From Candidatus Altimarinota bacterium (GTDB lineage: Bacteria; Patescibacteriota; Gracilibacteria; UBA1369; GCA-2718715), in contig JBESAV010000001.1 in the NCBI GenBank assembly GCA_041242255.1, forward strand, positions 864,001 through 928,000: a DNA stretch of 64,000 nt. Reading direction: 5' to 3'. The notes below the pieces were generated by a model. It was not told the origin of the DNA, did no database searches, and was given only the letters and a program-made list of their open reading frames with translations. This document shows positions 10,389 to 20,541 of the stretch, one piece after another (the stretch's first letter is position 1; the number at the start of each line of letters is the position of its first letter). The translations under genes were made by a program, and so were the position numbers.

Positions 10389-11591
10389 ATGAAAAAATTC
10401 ATCGCATTATCAACTATCTCAGCTACCCTACTTATCAGCATACCTTCATTTGCAGCTGACTTTTCTGACATTGATGAGGACTACTTATACTTCAACTCTA
10501 TCAACCAACTTTCAGATAACGGATGTATATCTGGATACGAAGATGGATCCTTTAGACCAGAACAATCAGTAAACAGAGCAGAAGCCATAAAAATCCTCCT
10601 GACTTGCCTAGACCTCCCAAATATATACACAGAACAAACTTTTACTGTACCAGATGGAACAAAAATCCTTTTCAATGAACAAGAATCCGAAGCAAATGGT
10701 GAAACAGAAGTGAAATTCAAAATACCATTTGATGCTGAGAACTATGCCGATCTATCTTTTGATGATGTGGATTCTGAACAATGGTACGTACCTTTTATAA
10801 AAGAAGCAGTTGTAAGAAAAATAATAACCGGATACGACGACAATACAATCAGACCTTTCCAAGATGTTAATAAAGCAGAACTCTACACAATTCTCTACAG
10901 ACTAACACCTGAAGATTTATTACAAGATTTACCTGAAGATAGTCTAGCTGACGACATTGCGAGTGGATACTGGTACTACGAACCTCTCCAATTCGCTATC
11001 CAAAACCAACTACTTACAACTAACGACGAAAACCTAGTCTCTCCTCTGAAAAACTTAACTAGAGCCAATGTAGCTCATTTTGTTTATGAGTACTCAGTTT
11101 GGTTAAATGACAGAATTGTATCTTCAGATAACGAAGAGACTGAAGAAGAACCACAGGAAACAGAAACTCAGGAAGACACTTCTCAAACTGAAGTAGATGA
11201 AACTGAAGCAAATACCGAGCAAGAAGACACTCAGAGCGATACGTCCACTGAATCTAGCACTGAAAGCACTGAAACTGACAACGAAAACTTTACCGAAACA
11301 GGTGTTGCCAGTTATTATGGTTACAGCTTTGATGGACGACGAACAGCATCTGGTCAAATACTTGACGTTGAAGCTAACATGGCCGCTCACAAAACTCTAC
11401 CTTTTGGAACTGTAGTAAGAGTAACAAATCCTGAAACAGAAAAATGGGTAGAAGTAACAATTTTTGACCGCGGTCCATTCGTAGAAGGTAGGATAATAGA
11501 TCTTACTCCATCTACATTTGAAGTTTTAGCTCCACTATCATCTGGACTTGTAAACGTAGAGCTTGAAGTAATTTCTTTACCAACAGAATAA
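10389..11591 (+). CDS. SLH-anchored RlpA-family (DPBB) lytic transglycosylase
   Basis: Signal peptide; three SLH-like repeats (GYEDGSFRP..VNRAE); acidic linker; GVASYYG..FDGRRTASG, AAHKTLPFGT, DRGPF..GRIIDL. Confidence 0.85.
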   Translation: MKKFIALSTISATLLISIPSFAADFSDIDEDYLYFNSINQLSDNGCISGYEDGSFRPEQSVNRAEAIKILLTCLDLPNIYTEQTFTVPDGTKILFNEQESEANGETEVKFKIPFDAENYADLSFDDVDSEQWYVPFIKEAVVRKIITGYDDNTIRPFQDVNKAELYTILYRLTPEDLLQDLPEDSLADDIASGYWYYEPLQFAIQNQLLTTNDENLVSPLKNLTRANVAHFVYEYSVWLNDRIVSSDNEETEEEPQETETQEDTSQTEVDETEANTEQEDTQSDTSTESSTESTETDNENFTETGVASYYGYSFDGRRTASGQILDVEANMAAHKTLPFGTVVRVTNPETEKWVEVTIFDRGPFVEGRIIDLTPSTFEVLAPLSSGLVNVELEVISLPTE

Positions 11592-11932
11592 TGAAAGGTA
11601 AAAGCAAAACCACATATTCAAACAAAACTAGACTTTCAAAACTAGTTCAAAACACCACCCTATGGTTAGGAGCAAGTATGCTTTTGATTATTTCTGGAAC
11701 GACCTACCTTTTTCTGACAAATGTAACTGAGAACTCCTTACATGGTTCAAGATTTCAAGAACAAGAAATCATAAAAAAAGACCTAGAAGACACAAACCAA
11801 ACCTTAAAAATCCAAATCTTAGAAGCATCAACATCAGACGAACTTGATACATCTTACAATGTACAAAAAATGATAACAGCAGAAGAGGTTGAGTACTTCA
11901 ACAATAATCAATCTACAATAACTAAAAAATAA
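11591..11932 (+). CDS. Single-TM coiled-coil protein (FtsL-like architecture)
   Basis: Basic N-terminus, one TM, then a heptad helix. Confidence 0.5.
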   Translation: MKGKSKTTYSNKTRLSKLVQNTTLWLGASMLLIISGTTYLFLTNVTENSLHGSRFQEQEIIKKDLEDTNQTLKIQILEASTSDELDTSYNVQKMITAEEVEYFNNNQSTITKK

Positions 11933-11934
11933 TC

Positions 11935-11962
11935 TTGCAATTTAATGGGGCTCTGGTAATCT
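11935..11962 (+). promoter_or_regulatory. Promoter for tRNA-Glu
   Basis: TTGCAA-16 nt-(TGG)TAATCT. Confidence 0.5.
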
Positions 11963-11978
11963 CTAGCCACATCAAAAA

Positions 11979-12053
11979 GGTCCCATCGTCTAGTGGTTAG
12001 GACGCCAGGTTTTCATCCTGGAAACAGGGGTTCGATTCCCCTTGGGACTACCA
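11979..12053 (+). tRNA. tRNA-Glu (TTC)
   Basis: Acceptor stem GGTCCCA/TGGGACT, anticodon arm CCAGG-TTTTCAT-CCTGG, GGTTCGATTCC T-arm, encoded CCA. Confidence 0.97.
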
Positions 12054-12057
12054 CTCC

Positions 12058-12084
12058 AAGCTTAATTTATTAAGCTTTTTTTTT
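12058..12084 (+). terminator. Intrinsic terminator after tRNA-Glu
   Basis: AAGCTTAA-TTTA-TTAAGCTT plus T-run. Confidence 0.7.
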
Positions 12085-12127
12085 ATATTTACTCCCTTAT
12101 AATTCATCCACAATATAAATCAATCAC

Positions 12128-12694
12128 GTGAAAGCAACCCTAATATTTGGAAACCCGAGTTTAACCAGCTTCGATAATTTCATAGCAGAACAAACAGAAA
12201 AATCATTAATTGATAAAGGCTTTGAAGTTAAGCGATATAATGTATATGACTATCCCCTATTACCTATAAACCCATCACAAGATGGATTTCCAGACGAATT
12301 TACTAAGATAAGTAAGGAAATAGCAAATGTTGATGCCTGGGTTGTTATAGCACCAATGTGGAACTTCAGTATGCCTGGAGGCCTTAAAAACTTCTTTGAT
12401 GGAATCATCCAAGCTAAGACCTACTTTAAATTCGTTAGCATATTAGGACAAGGCGTTCCTGTAGGTCTTCTTGATGTTAAAAAACTAACACTTATATGGA
12501 CATCTGGTAGCCCATGGTATGCCTTTCTTATTCCTGGTATGGATCACTTAGTCTCCCTCATGAAGAGAATCAGAAGATTTTGCGGGATCAAGAAATTCCA
12601 ACATATAAATTTATCGCCAATTCGTTTCGAAAGACCTTCAGACCAAAAAATCCAAAAATGGACTAAAAAAATCAACAATCTCAAATTCATATAA
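12128..12694 (+). CDS. Flavodoxin-like NAD(P)H-dependent oxidoreductase (AzoR/quinone reductase family)
   Basis: VIAPMWNFSMPGGLKNFFD, IWTSG. Confidence 0.8.
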   Translation: MKATLIFGNPSLTSFDNFIAEQTEKSLIDKGFEVKRYNVYDYPLLPINPSQDGFPDEFTKISKEIANVDAWVVIAPMWNFSMPGGLKNFFDGIIQAKTYFKFVSILGQGVPVGLLDVKKLTLIWTSGSPWYAFLIPGMDHLVSLMKRIRRFCGIKKFQHINLSPIRFERPSDQKIQKWTKKINNLKFI

Positions 12695-12696
12695 AT

Positions 12697-12722
12697 AAAA
12701 AGCCCCAGATTGGGGCTTTTTT
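12697..12722. terminator. Bidirectional intrinsic terminator
   Basis: AAAAA-GCCCCA-GAT-TGGGGC-TTTTTT between convergent genes. Confidence 0.85.
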
Positions 12723-12743
12723 CATGCTTACATGTTGTTAAAC

Positions 12744-13229
12744 TTAAGCAACTTTAACTACTTGGTATTCTCTCATTCCTTTAGGAGCTTTAAACTCAAC
12801 CTTATCTTTTTCCTTCTTACCCATTAAAGCACTTCCCAATGGTGATTCATTTGAGATCTTTCCATTAAAAGGGTCAGCCTCAGTTGAACCAACAATTACA
12901 TACTCTTCTTTCTTTTTATCTTCTGTATCAAGAGGCTTAACAACAACATGAGAACCAAGCTGAACCACATCACTTTTAGCAGCTTTTTTCTCATTAATTA
13001 TCTCAACATTACGAAGCATATTTTCAATCTCCATAATTCTAGCAGCAGTTGCAGCCTGATGCTCTTTAGCTTCAATATATTCAGAGTTCTCTGATAAATC
13101 ACCAAACTCTTTAGCTTCTTTAATCTTCTGAGCAATCTCTTTCATTACAACCTCTTTCAACTGATGAAGTTCTTCTTCTAATTGCTTTAAACCTTCTTTA
13201 GTTAATAAAACTGACTTCTTTTTAACCAT
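12744..13229 (-). CDS. greA: Transcription elongation factor GreA
   Basis: AKEFGDLSENSEY, ISNESPLGSALMG. Confidence 0.96.
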   Translation of the reverse strand: MVKKKSVLLTKEGLKQLEEELHQLKEVVMKEIAQKIKEAKEFGDLSENSEYIEAKEHQAATAARIMEIENMLRNVEIINEKKAAKSDVVQLGSHVVVKPLDTEDKKKEEYVIVGSTEADPFNGKISNESPLGSALMGKKEKDKVEFKAPKGMREYQVVKVA

Positions 13230-13238
13230 TTTTTACGT

Positions 13239-14480
13239 TTACATTATTGATTTAATTTTCACACTTGTAGGATGATCTCTCAACTTGTTTAACACCTTAG
13301 CCTCAATCTGTCTAATCCTTTCCCTAGTCACTCCAAACTTCTTACCTACTTCTTCCAAAGTGTGACCAACTCCATCATTCAATCCAAATCTCATTTGAAT
13401 AATCTCTCTTTCTCTTGGTAAAAGATACTTAAGCATCTCTCTGATGTTCTCTTGAATCATAACTTTATTTGCAAATTCTCGAGGACTTACTGAATCTTCA
13501 TCCTGAATAAAGTCACCCAACTTACTATCTTCTTCAGTTCCGACTGGAGCTTCAAGTGACACAATATCTTGAGAAATCTTTTTAATATGACGAACTTTCT
13601 TCTCATCCATTCCAAGCTCTGCAGCTAATTCTTCAACCAATGGTTCACGTCCTAATTCTTGAACAAGTCTTCTCTGTGTATGAGTAAGTTTGTTGATTGT
13701 CTCAACCATATGCACAGGGATACGAATAGTTCTAGCTTGATCAGCAATCGCTCTAGTAATAGCCTGCCTAATCCACCATGTAGCATAAGTTGAAAACTTA
13801 AACCCTCTATCAGGATCAAACTTCTCTACAGCTCTAAACAACCCAACATTACCTTCTTGAATAAGATCCAAGAATGATAATCCACGTCCGATATATTTCT
13901 TTGCAATACTAACCACCAAACGTAAATTAGCCTCAGCTAATTGTGCTTTAGCTCTTTGATCTCCACGTCTTATTGCATGCGCTAATTCTTTCTCTTCTTT
14001 TGCATTCAAAAGTGGGACACGACCAATCTCACACAAGTACATTCTAATAGAATCATTAGAAATCTCAGAAAGATTTTGTTTAATCTCATAACCACTTTTA
14101 GCCTCATCTGATTCTTCCTCTGCTTTCAAATCATCATCAGAAGGACCATCTTCATCCATATCATCCTCCACATCAATTTCGTCATCATTCAAAACTTCTT
14201 CATCTTTCTTCTTTTCCACTTTAGCATTTAATTCAGTATCAACACTGAATACACTAGTCTTTTTCTGATCTCTTACTTCAACACCAAGATCAAAAAACAA
14301 CTCATAAACCTCATCCAACATTGCTAAACTATCTTCTAAATTTTCAAAGGCTGAGTAGATCTCTTGTTCAGTCACAAACCTCTGCTCCTTACCTTTTTTA
14401 ATCAATGCTCTGATAGGCTTTGGATACTGTTTTATTTTTTCATCCGTGTGATGAGTAATAAACTTCCTTACTTTAGCCAT
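13239..14480 (-). CDS. rpoD: Primary sigma factor RpoD
   Basis: [58 protein letters not shown]. Confidence 0.97.
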   Translation of the reverse strand: MAKVRKFITHHTDEKIKQYPKPIRALIKKGKEQRFVTEQEIYSAFENLEDSLAMLDEVYELFFDLGVEVRDQKKTSVFSVDTELNAKVEKKKDEEVLNDDEIDVEDDMDEDGPSDDDLKAEEESDEAKSGYEIKQNLSEISNDSIRMYLCEIGRVPLLNAKEEKELAHAIRRGDQRAKAQLAEANLRLVVSIAKKYIGRGLSFLDLIQEGNVGLFRAVEKFDPDRGFKFSTYATWWIRQAITRAIADQARTIRIPVHMVETINKLTHTQRRLVQELGREPLVEELAAELGMDEKKVRHIKKISQDIVSLEAPVGTEEDSKLGDFIQDEDSVSPREFANKVMIQENIREMLKYLLPREREIIQMRFGLNDGVGHTLEEVGKKFGVTRERIRQIEAKVLNKLRDHPTSVKIKSIM

Positions 14481-14493
14481 AGATAGCGATAAA

Positions 14494-16278
14494 TTATATT
14501 TTGTTAAGTTGATTGAATTCTTCTAACAACTTTTTATGTTCTTCCGAGCTAGGATTTTCTGAACCAAGTCGCCTCAATTCAGATACAATTTGATTTCTTC
14601 TCTTACTAACATAATTATCCACAATCCTCTTAAATAAGGAATCAATCTCTTCAGATAACTCCACTTCACCTTTGACTTCTAATTGCAATATGTTGATGGA
14701 GTACCTTTCATATAATTGATCAATCCCATTTAATAAATCGACAGAAAGTTGATTCAATGCGGATTCATTATAGTAATGCACAAACAGCTTGTAAACCTGT
14801 TTTTCGTCCAAAATAAAGGATTTCTCATATATTTCCTCAGCATAATTCTCAAACAACTCTGGCTTCATCAAAAAACATGACCACATTTGCTCCTCTAAAG
14901 TCATTTTTCGCTCTTGCTTCAAAGCATTCTCTGGTTTAGAAACTATTCTTTTTTTTGTTGTTTTTTTAGATTTATCAAATTTCTTTAGTTCAGTGTATAA
15001 AAGATCAACCTTCATCCCAAGCACACCGGCTAGCTTCCTAAGCACCAAATCCTTAGTAATAACAGAATCAATTTTACTTAAGATTGGGAAAGCAACTCCA
15101 ATAAACCCATTAATTTTCTCAGGACTCCACCTTTCCTCCTGGGTCAAACCGTCAAAGTAAATTTCAGAAAAATAATCAAAAAAATCTTTTGCTCCTTCAA
15201 GGTCCTCCCCAAACAAACCATCTGGTGAATTAATACTTTCAGCCGGATCTTTGAATCCTCCACTCAACTTCAAGACTTTCACATTAAACTCTTGCTCATA
15301 AGCCAATTCTGCTGACCTAAGCATTGCCTTCTTACCAGCATCATCAGTATCAAAACATAGTACTACGTTCTTCGTAAACCTCCCTAATAACCTTAAGTGT
15401 TGCTCAGTTAAGGCTGTTCCACTTACCGCCACCACATTCTCAAATCCAGCCTGAAAGCAAGCTATCTGATCAAAATACCCCTCCACTATAATAACTTTGT
15501 CTAGCTTCCGGATAGCATCTTTTGCTAAATCAAAACCAAACAAAGTCTTATTTTTCTTATATATATCTGTTTCTGGAGAATTTAAATACTTAGGATTTTG
15601 ATCCTTCTTAGTTATCCTTCCTCCAAAAGCCACAACTCTACCTCGAGAATCACTAATTGGAATAATCAACCTCTCTCTAAATCTATCTACCAACTTCCCA
15701 TAAGAAGTATCTTTAGCATAACAAACCCCAGAAGCCACTATTGCTTCTTTAGTAAAACCTTCTTTCAACAAGGCTAACCCTAACTTATCATAACCTTCAA
15801 TAGCCAAACCAATCTTGAACTTTCTTATCGTCTCATGCTTCACACCTCTTTTATCAAGATAAGCCACCATTTTCTTAGACTCATCGCTTCCAGGATTCCA
15901 TAAATTATTCTGAAAAAACTTAGTTGCAAACTCATGGATCTCATACAAATCATCTTTCAACTTCTTATCTTTCGGAGAGAGATTATTTTTCATAAAAGAA
16001 CTATCTAGTTCCACCCCAGCCTTTTCTGAAAGCGCCTTCACAGCCTCTTTGAAAGAAACATTTTCAACCAACTGATAAAACTCAAAGATATCTCCTCCCT
16101 GGTTTGTAGCAAAGCAATAAGCTATTTCTTTCTCAGGAGAAACGACAAAACTAGGAGTATTCTCACTCTTAAAAGGACTTAAACCTTTGTAGTTTCTTCC
16201 AGCTTTTCTCAACTCGACATACTCTGAAACCAAACTAACAATATCAATCTTAGCTTTAATCTGTTCAATTTGATCCAT
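14494..16278 (-). CDS. dnaG: DNA primase
   Basis: PF..ENTPSF Zn-domain variant, [30 protein letters not shown]. Confidence 0.95.
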   Translation of the reverse strand: MDQIEQIKAKIDIVSLVSEYVELRKAGRNYKGLSPFKSENTPSFVVSPEKEIAYCFATNQGGDIFEFYQLVENVSFKEAVKALSEKAGVELDSSFMKNNLSPKDKKLKDDLYEIHEFATKFFQNNLWNPGSDESKKMVAYLDKRGVKHETIRKFKIGLAIEGYDKLGLALLKEGFTKEAIVASGVCYAKDTSYGKLVDRFRERLIIPISDSRGRVVAFGGRITKKDQNPKYLNSPETDIYKKNKTLFGFDLAKDAIRKLDKVIIVEGYFDQIACFQAGFENVVAVSGTALTEQHLRLLGRFTKNVVLCFDTDDAGKKAMLRSAELAYEQEFNVKVLKLSGGFKDPAESINSPDGLFGEDLEGAKDFFDYFSEIYFDGLTQEERWSPEKINGFIGVAFPILSKIDSVITKDLVLRKLAGVLGMKVDLLYTELKKFDKSKKTTKKRIVSKPENALKQERKMTLEEQMWSCFLMKPELFENYAEEIYEKSFILDEKQVYKLFVHYYNESALNQLSVDLLNGIDQLYERYSINILQLEVKGEVELSEEIDSLFKRIVDNYVSKRRNQIVSELRRLGSENPSSEEHKKLLEEFNQLNKI

Positions 16279-16286
16279 ATTGTAAC

Positions 16287-17297
16287 TTAACTAGACTTTA
16301 ATTTATCAAAATTTTCCCAATCAGCATACTTTTTATGATTGTATAAAATGACAAAAACTAGTCCAATCACACATCCTCCCAAAGCCAAAAACTTAACCAC
16401 AGAATTCCAATAAAATATAGCCACCATAGCCAAAACAAAACTAATCAAACCATACATCACCACAATCATCCTCCTACTCAAACCTGCTCTTAAAAAAAGA
16501 TGATGAAGGTGATTAAAGTCTCCCTCCCATGGTTTTCTTTTGTTCAAAACTCTCATCACAATCACACCCACCCCATCTAAAATCGGAACTATCAACACAA
16601 GCCCCAAGGTAGCCAGCTTACCTCCATTTAGCATTGATAAAACAGCCAACATAAAACCAAAGAACATAGTCCCCGAATCCCCAATCAGAACTTTAGGCTT
16701 ATCAAACTCCAACACCATCCCCAGCAAACTCACCACCATCATCAAACTTCCAAATCCAACCACTAAATCCTGTGAGACAGTATGAACTCCAGGCAACAAA
16801 GCCAACCCTACTAACCCTAAAAAGGCATTAAAAGAAACCGCAGAAGTCAAACCAGAAACACCATCTAAAAAGTTTAAAGCATTAGTTAAAAACACAATCC
16901 AAACAACACTAACCAAAACTCCTAATCCTCCCAAAACAATAGTCTGATCGACAAAAGGTACAGCCACCTCTAAAATCTCAGCTCCACCAAAAACTACTAA
17001 TCCCGCACATACGAACTGCCATACAAATCTAAACACTGGCGACAATCCAAATCTATCATCCAACAGCCCCATCAAAACAATCCCGGCAGCAGCCACAACC
17101 ACACTCAAAACCTCCTGACTAAAGCTGATATACAAACTCACACCTATCAAAAAAATCAAAAACAAAACAAAACCAAAACTATACGGAACAGGCTCTCTTT
17201 CAAAACCATACTTCTTTGGCTTATCCATCCAGCCTAATTTTTTATATAAAAAGTACCCAGCAATCAAAACCAACAATGAAAGTATTGCAAAAATCAC
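16287..17297 (-). CDS. MraY/WecA/TagO-family polyprenyl-phosphate GlcNAc-1-P transferase
   Basis: GLLDDRF, NALNFLDGVSGL, IGDSG, HLHH; polytopic. Confidence 0.85.
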   Translation of the reverse strand: MIFAILSLLVLIAGYFLYKKLGWMDKPKKYGFEREPVPYSFGFVLFLIFLIGVSLYISFSQEVLSVVVAAAGIVLMGLLDDRFGLSPVFRFVWQFVCAGLVVFGGAEILEVAVPFVDQTIVLGGLGVLVSVVWIVFLTNALNFLDGVSGLTSAVSFNAFLGLVGLALLPGVHTVSQDLVVGFGSLMMVVSLLGMVLEFDKPKVLIGDSGTMFFGFMLAVLSMLNGGKLATLGLVLIVPILDGVGVIVMRVLNKRKPWEGDFNHLHHLFLRAGLSRRMIVVMYGLISFVLAMVAIFYWNSVVKFLALGGCVIGLVFVILYNHKKYADWENFDKLKSS

Positions 17298-17349
17298 AGG
17301 AAAAATTATTTAGCTAAATACTATCATTCAAAACATAGAAGATTCAAAT

Positions 17350-17379
17350 AAAAAGTCCACGCTTACTAAGCATGAACTT
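17350..17379 (-). terminator. Terminator after the protease gene
   Basis: Minus strand AAGTTCATGCTT-AGT-AAGCGTGGACTT plus T-run. Confidence 0.65.
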
Positions 17380-17402
17380 AAAAGCTAGATTTTTAAAATT
17401 AA

Positions 17403-18308
17403 CTATCTACCCAATGTAATTATAGATGAACACATACGACCATCAGGCATGAACCATTCAGTAATTGTATTTCCTCTAATAGGTGCAGATTCAATTTGGC
17501 CAACAACCATATGATTTCCATATTCATCTTCAGTCATATCTAAAGTATATGTTCCATTGGCATTCTGAACTAATCCGGCAGCAAAAACTGGACCACCACT
17601 ATTCCCCTGACAAATAGCTCCCATTCCATAGGTAAAACTAGTTTCACCTATACTATAAGCAGTAATGTGATTTACAGAATAATCTCCTACTCTATAAACT
17701 ACCCACTCTTGATTATAAGGATTTGGCGTAACAAGAAACATCCCACTATACAAGTCAGAACCCATAGCCTTTCGAGAAGGTTTAACTGGGATACCATAGT
17801 TATTAATCTGATCAAATCTACTTTTGCTCAAAGCAAATTCACATCCTGGATCAGTATCTCCTTTAAAACTCCTACAAACCCATTGATTTTTCTTGGTTGA
17901 AACATCAACCGACTTACCAGTAGCATAATCTCTAAACCTTAACCGAACAGCATCTAAATCATCATCAATACAATGATAAGTTGTACGAACAGCATACTCT
18001 GACCCCTCATGAACCACAAAAGCCTGACATCCCTCCTGACCATTTTTAACAATAGCAACTGCCCCTCCATTATATATTGCTCTTATCTTATTTACTTCAT
18101 CCAAGTCTACGTAGATTTCTTTTCTAGAAACACTATCCTGCTCAGAATCATTTGATTCTGAATATCCAGAACTAGAGGATTCGCTCTCAGAATAACTGTA
18201 AGAACCTATATTATTGGTAGGTTGATTGTAATTTGGCGATGCACAAGCTAGCACACTAGCTAAAACTGGAACTGACGACACACCTATAGTTTTATTTAAA
18301 TTTTCCAT
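17403..18308 (-). CDS. Putative trypsin-like serine protease, possibly lipoprotein
   Basis: TTYHC (His) and ICQGNSGGP (Ser); VLASVLAC lipobox-like; Ser-rich linker. Confidence 0.65.
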   Translation of the reverse strand: MENLNKTIGVSSVPVLASVLACASPNYNQPTNNIGSYSYSESESSSSGYSESNDSEQDSVSRKEIYVDLDEVNKIRAIYNGGAVAIVKNGQEGCQAFVVHEGSEYAVRTTYHCIDDDLDAVRLRFRDYATGKSVDVSTKKNQWVCRSFKGDTDPGCEFALSKSRFDQINNYGIPVKPSRKAMGSDLYSGMFLVTPNPYNQEWVVYRVGDYSVNHITAYSIGETSFTYGMGAICQGNSGGPVFAAGLVQNANGTYTLDMTEDEYGNHMVVGQIESAPIRGNTITEWFMPDGRMCSSIITLGR

Positions 18309-18330
18309 TTCATGATTTTAAATTACAACT

Positions 18331-18358
18331 ACAATACACCAAAAAGGAGATCTGTCAA
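18331..18358 (-). promoter_or_regulatory. sigma70 promoter abutting the truB stop
   Basis: TTGACA-16 nt-TATTGT. Confidence 0.6.
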
Positions 18359-19219
18359 CTAAATATTCCTCTTAACCTTTAAATAAAACTTACCATCCTC
18401 TTCAACACACCTCAAAATACAAACAGGCTCACCATCAAAGAAACCAATCATATCACCTTCCAAAAATTCACCCCATTCAACCTTCCTTCCATTTTTAAAC
18501 TCATTAACCATTTCCTCATCTAATTCTATAAATTTATAACCCTTTAAAACGTTCGACCAATCTGAAACATCCAATCTATCTTTTTCAAAAGCACCAACCT
18601 TTACCCTAGTTAAGTCTGACATAAAACCATCAACTCTAAGCTCCTTACAAATATCTCGAACCAACGACCGAACATAATAACCTTTTCCACAACTCACTCT
18701 AAAACTTAACCTCCATAAACCGTCAGTAACCAATTCTAAATCAGTTATATCAAAACATTCAACCTCCCTAGCTTTCATCTCAAAATCTTCTCCCCTTCTA
18801 GCCAAATCATAGGCTCTTTTCCCATCTACCTTCAAAGCAGAAAAAATAGGCGGAACCTGCAAAACTTTCCCCACCATTCTAGAGCAAATCTTTTCCACTT
18901 CCTCTATCTCAAAATTAAACTCCATGCCTTTTACATTTTCTATATCAGAATCATCCACCCCTTCACTATCCAAAGTCATAGAAGAAACTCCAAATGTTAT
19001 CTCAACTTCATAAACTTTAGGTAACAAATTCACATACGGAATAAGCTTAGTATACCTACCCACAGCAACTGGCAAAATACCAGATGCTAAAGGATCAAGA
19101 GTGCCCATATGGCCAACTTTTCTTGTCTCAAACTTCCTCTTAACCTCACCCAGCACTTTAAAAGAAGACACACCTTTTGGCTTCCATATAGCTCCTAGCC
19201 AAGCTTTACTCATCTTCAA
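18359..19219 (-). CDS. truB: tRNA pseudouridine(55) synthase
   Basis: KVGHMGTLDPLASG, QVPPIFSALKVDGKRAY, CGKGYYVRSL. Confidence 0.95.
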   Translation of the reverse strand: MKMSKAWLGAIWKPKGVSSFKVLGEVKRKFETRKVGHMGTLDPLASGILPVAVGRYTKLIPYVNLLPKVYEVEITFGVSSMTLDSEGVDDSDIENVKGMEFNFEIEEVEKICSRMVGKVLQVPPIFSALKVDGKRAYDLARRGEDFEMKAREVECFDITDLELVTDGLWRLSFRVSCGKGYYVRSLVRDICKELRVDGFMSDLTRVKVGAFEKDRLDVSDWSNVLKGYKFIELDEEMVNEFKNGRKVEWGEFLEGDMIGFFDGEPVCILRCVEEDGKFYLKVKRNI

Positions 19220-20537
19220 TTTTTATATCCCCAAAAAACTTATCAGCTAAATAATTTCTAACCACAACTCTATCATCATAAGGAATTTTCTCATCCCCAA
19301 TCACAATCACCTCTTCACCACCTTTTCCAGCAATCAAAACAGTATCACCAGCTTTAGCCTTACTCAAAGCAAACTCAACCGCCAACTTCCTATCAACAAT
19401 CTTAGCAAAATTCTCCCCCTCTTCTCGATCAACTCCTTTAGCAATATCTTCAATGATCTGCTCTTGATCTTCAAAATAAGGATCATCATTTGTTAACACA
19501 ACAACATCAGCATAATGATCAGCCACCTTACCCATCAAAGGTCTCTTTTTCTTATCACGTCCACCACCAGTAGCACCAAATACAAGTATTAACCGGCCTT
19601 GATTTAAACTTTTAAAAATCTTACAAATATTTTCTAAAGAATACTCAGTATGAGCATAATCAACCACAACATAAAAGTCTTGTCCCATATTCACCGGCTC
19701 AAGTCTACCTGGCACAGGTAAAACTTCCTTAAATGTACTCGCAAGCTCTCGAGGATCCATATTTAAACCCATACCAACCCCCAATGAAGCAAGAACGTTA
19801 AGGACGTTAAATTGCCCTAATAGATTTGTAGAAACCTTAATCTGACCATTAGGGATCTTCACTTCAAACTCTGCTCCATTAGGTTTCAATTCTATCTTCA
19901 AAGCTTTAAGCTCTCCTTTTTCAACACCATAAGTTATCTTCCTATCAGCTTCAAAAGTATTGTAATAATCAAAATATTTATCATCCTGATTTAAAACCAA
20001 AACCTTTGGAATCTTAACTCCATTAATATTTTTTCTTCTCATAGAGAAAATCGAGTCCAAAAAAGCTCCCTTAGCAGCCATATAAGCTTCATGCGAACCA
20101 TGATATTCAATATGATCGGCAGTCAAATTCGTAAAAACACCCACATCAAAATTAATCCCCCAAATTCTAGACTGTACAACCGAATGAGAACTAACTTCCA
20201 TAACAATATATTCACAACCTGCTTTTTTCATATCCTTTAGCATTTTCTGTAACTTAAAAGGAGAGTTTGTAGTCATTTTTTCAGTATTACTCCAAATCTT
20301 ATCACCTATCCCAAACCTCAAAGTTGATATAAGCCCAACCTTTTTCCCAGACCTCCTAAGCATGTCAGCAATCAAATTCACCGTTGTTGTCTTCCCATCA
20401 GTTCCAGTTACACCAATCACAATCATTTTCTTTGAAGAATTTCCATATCTCAAAACAGCCATCACAGCTTTCATCTTATGATAAAAAAGTAGTAAAGGAT
20501 TTTGATGACTAATAAATTTTCGTAAAAATTTTTTCAT
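19206..20537 (-). CDS. murE: UDP-MurNAc-tripeptide synthetase
   Basis: GVTGTDGKTTT, MEVSSH, TNLTADH, PGRLE, VDYAH, DDPY, AGKG; start at ATG 20537 avoids overlap with the upstream gene. Confidence 0.9.
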   Translation of the reverse strand: MKKFLRKFISHQNPLLLFYHKMKAVMAVLRYGNSSKKMIVIGVTGTDGKTTTVNLIADMLRRSGKKVGLISTLRFGIGDKIWSNTEKMTTNSPFKLQKMLKDMKKAGCEYIVMEVSSHSVVQSRIWGINFDVGVFTNLTADHIEYHGSHEAYMAAKGAFLDSIFSMRRKNINGVKIPKVLVLNQDDKYFDYYNTFEADRKITYGVEKGELKALKIELKPNGAEFEVKIPNGQIKVSTNLLGQFNVLNVLASLGVGMGLNMDPRELASTFKEVLPVPGRLEPVNMGQDFYVVVDYAHTEYSLENICKIFKSLNQGRLILVFGATGGGRDKKKRPLMGKVADHYADVVVLTNDDPYFEDQEQIIEDIAKGVDREEGENFAKIVDRKLAVEFALSKAKAGDTVLIAGKGGEEVIVIGDEKIPYDDRVVVRNYLADKFFGDIKIEDE

Positions 20538-20541
20538 AATT

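Noticed and set aside
12054-12694. Integrated element at the tRNA-Glu 3' end
   Set aside because: No integrase and no duplicated tRNA 3' end seen.
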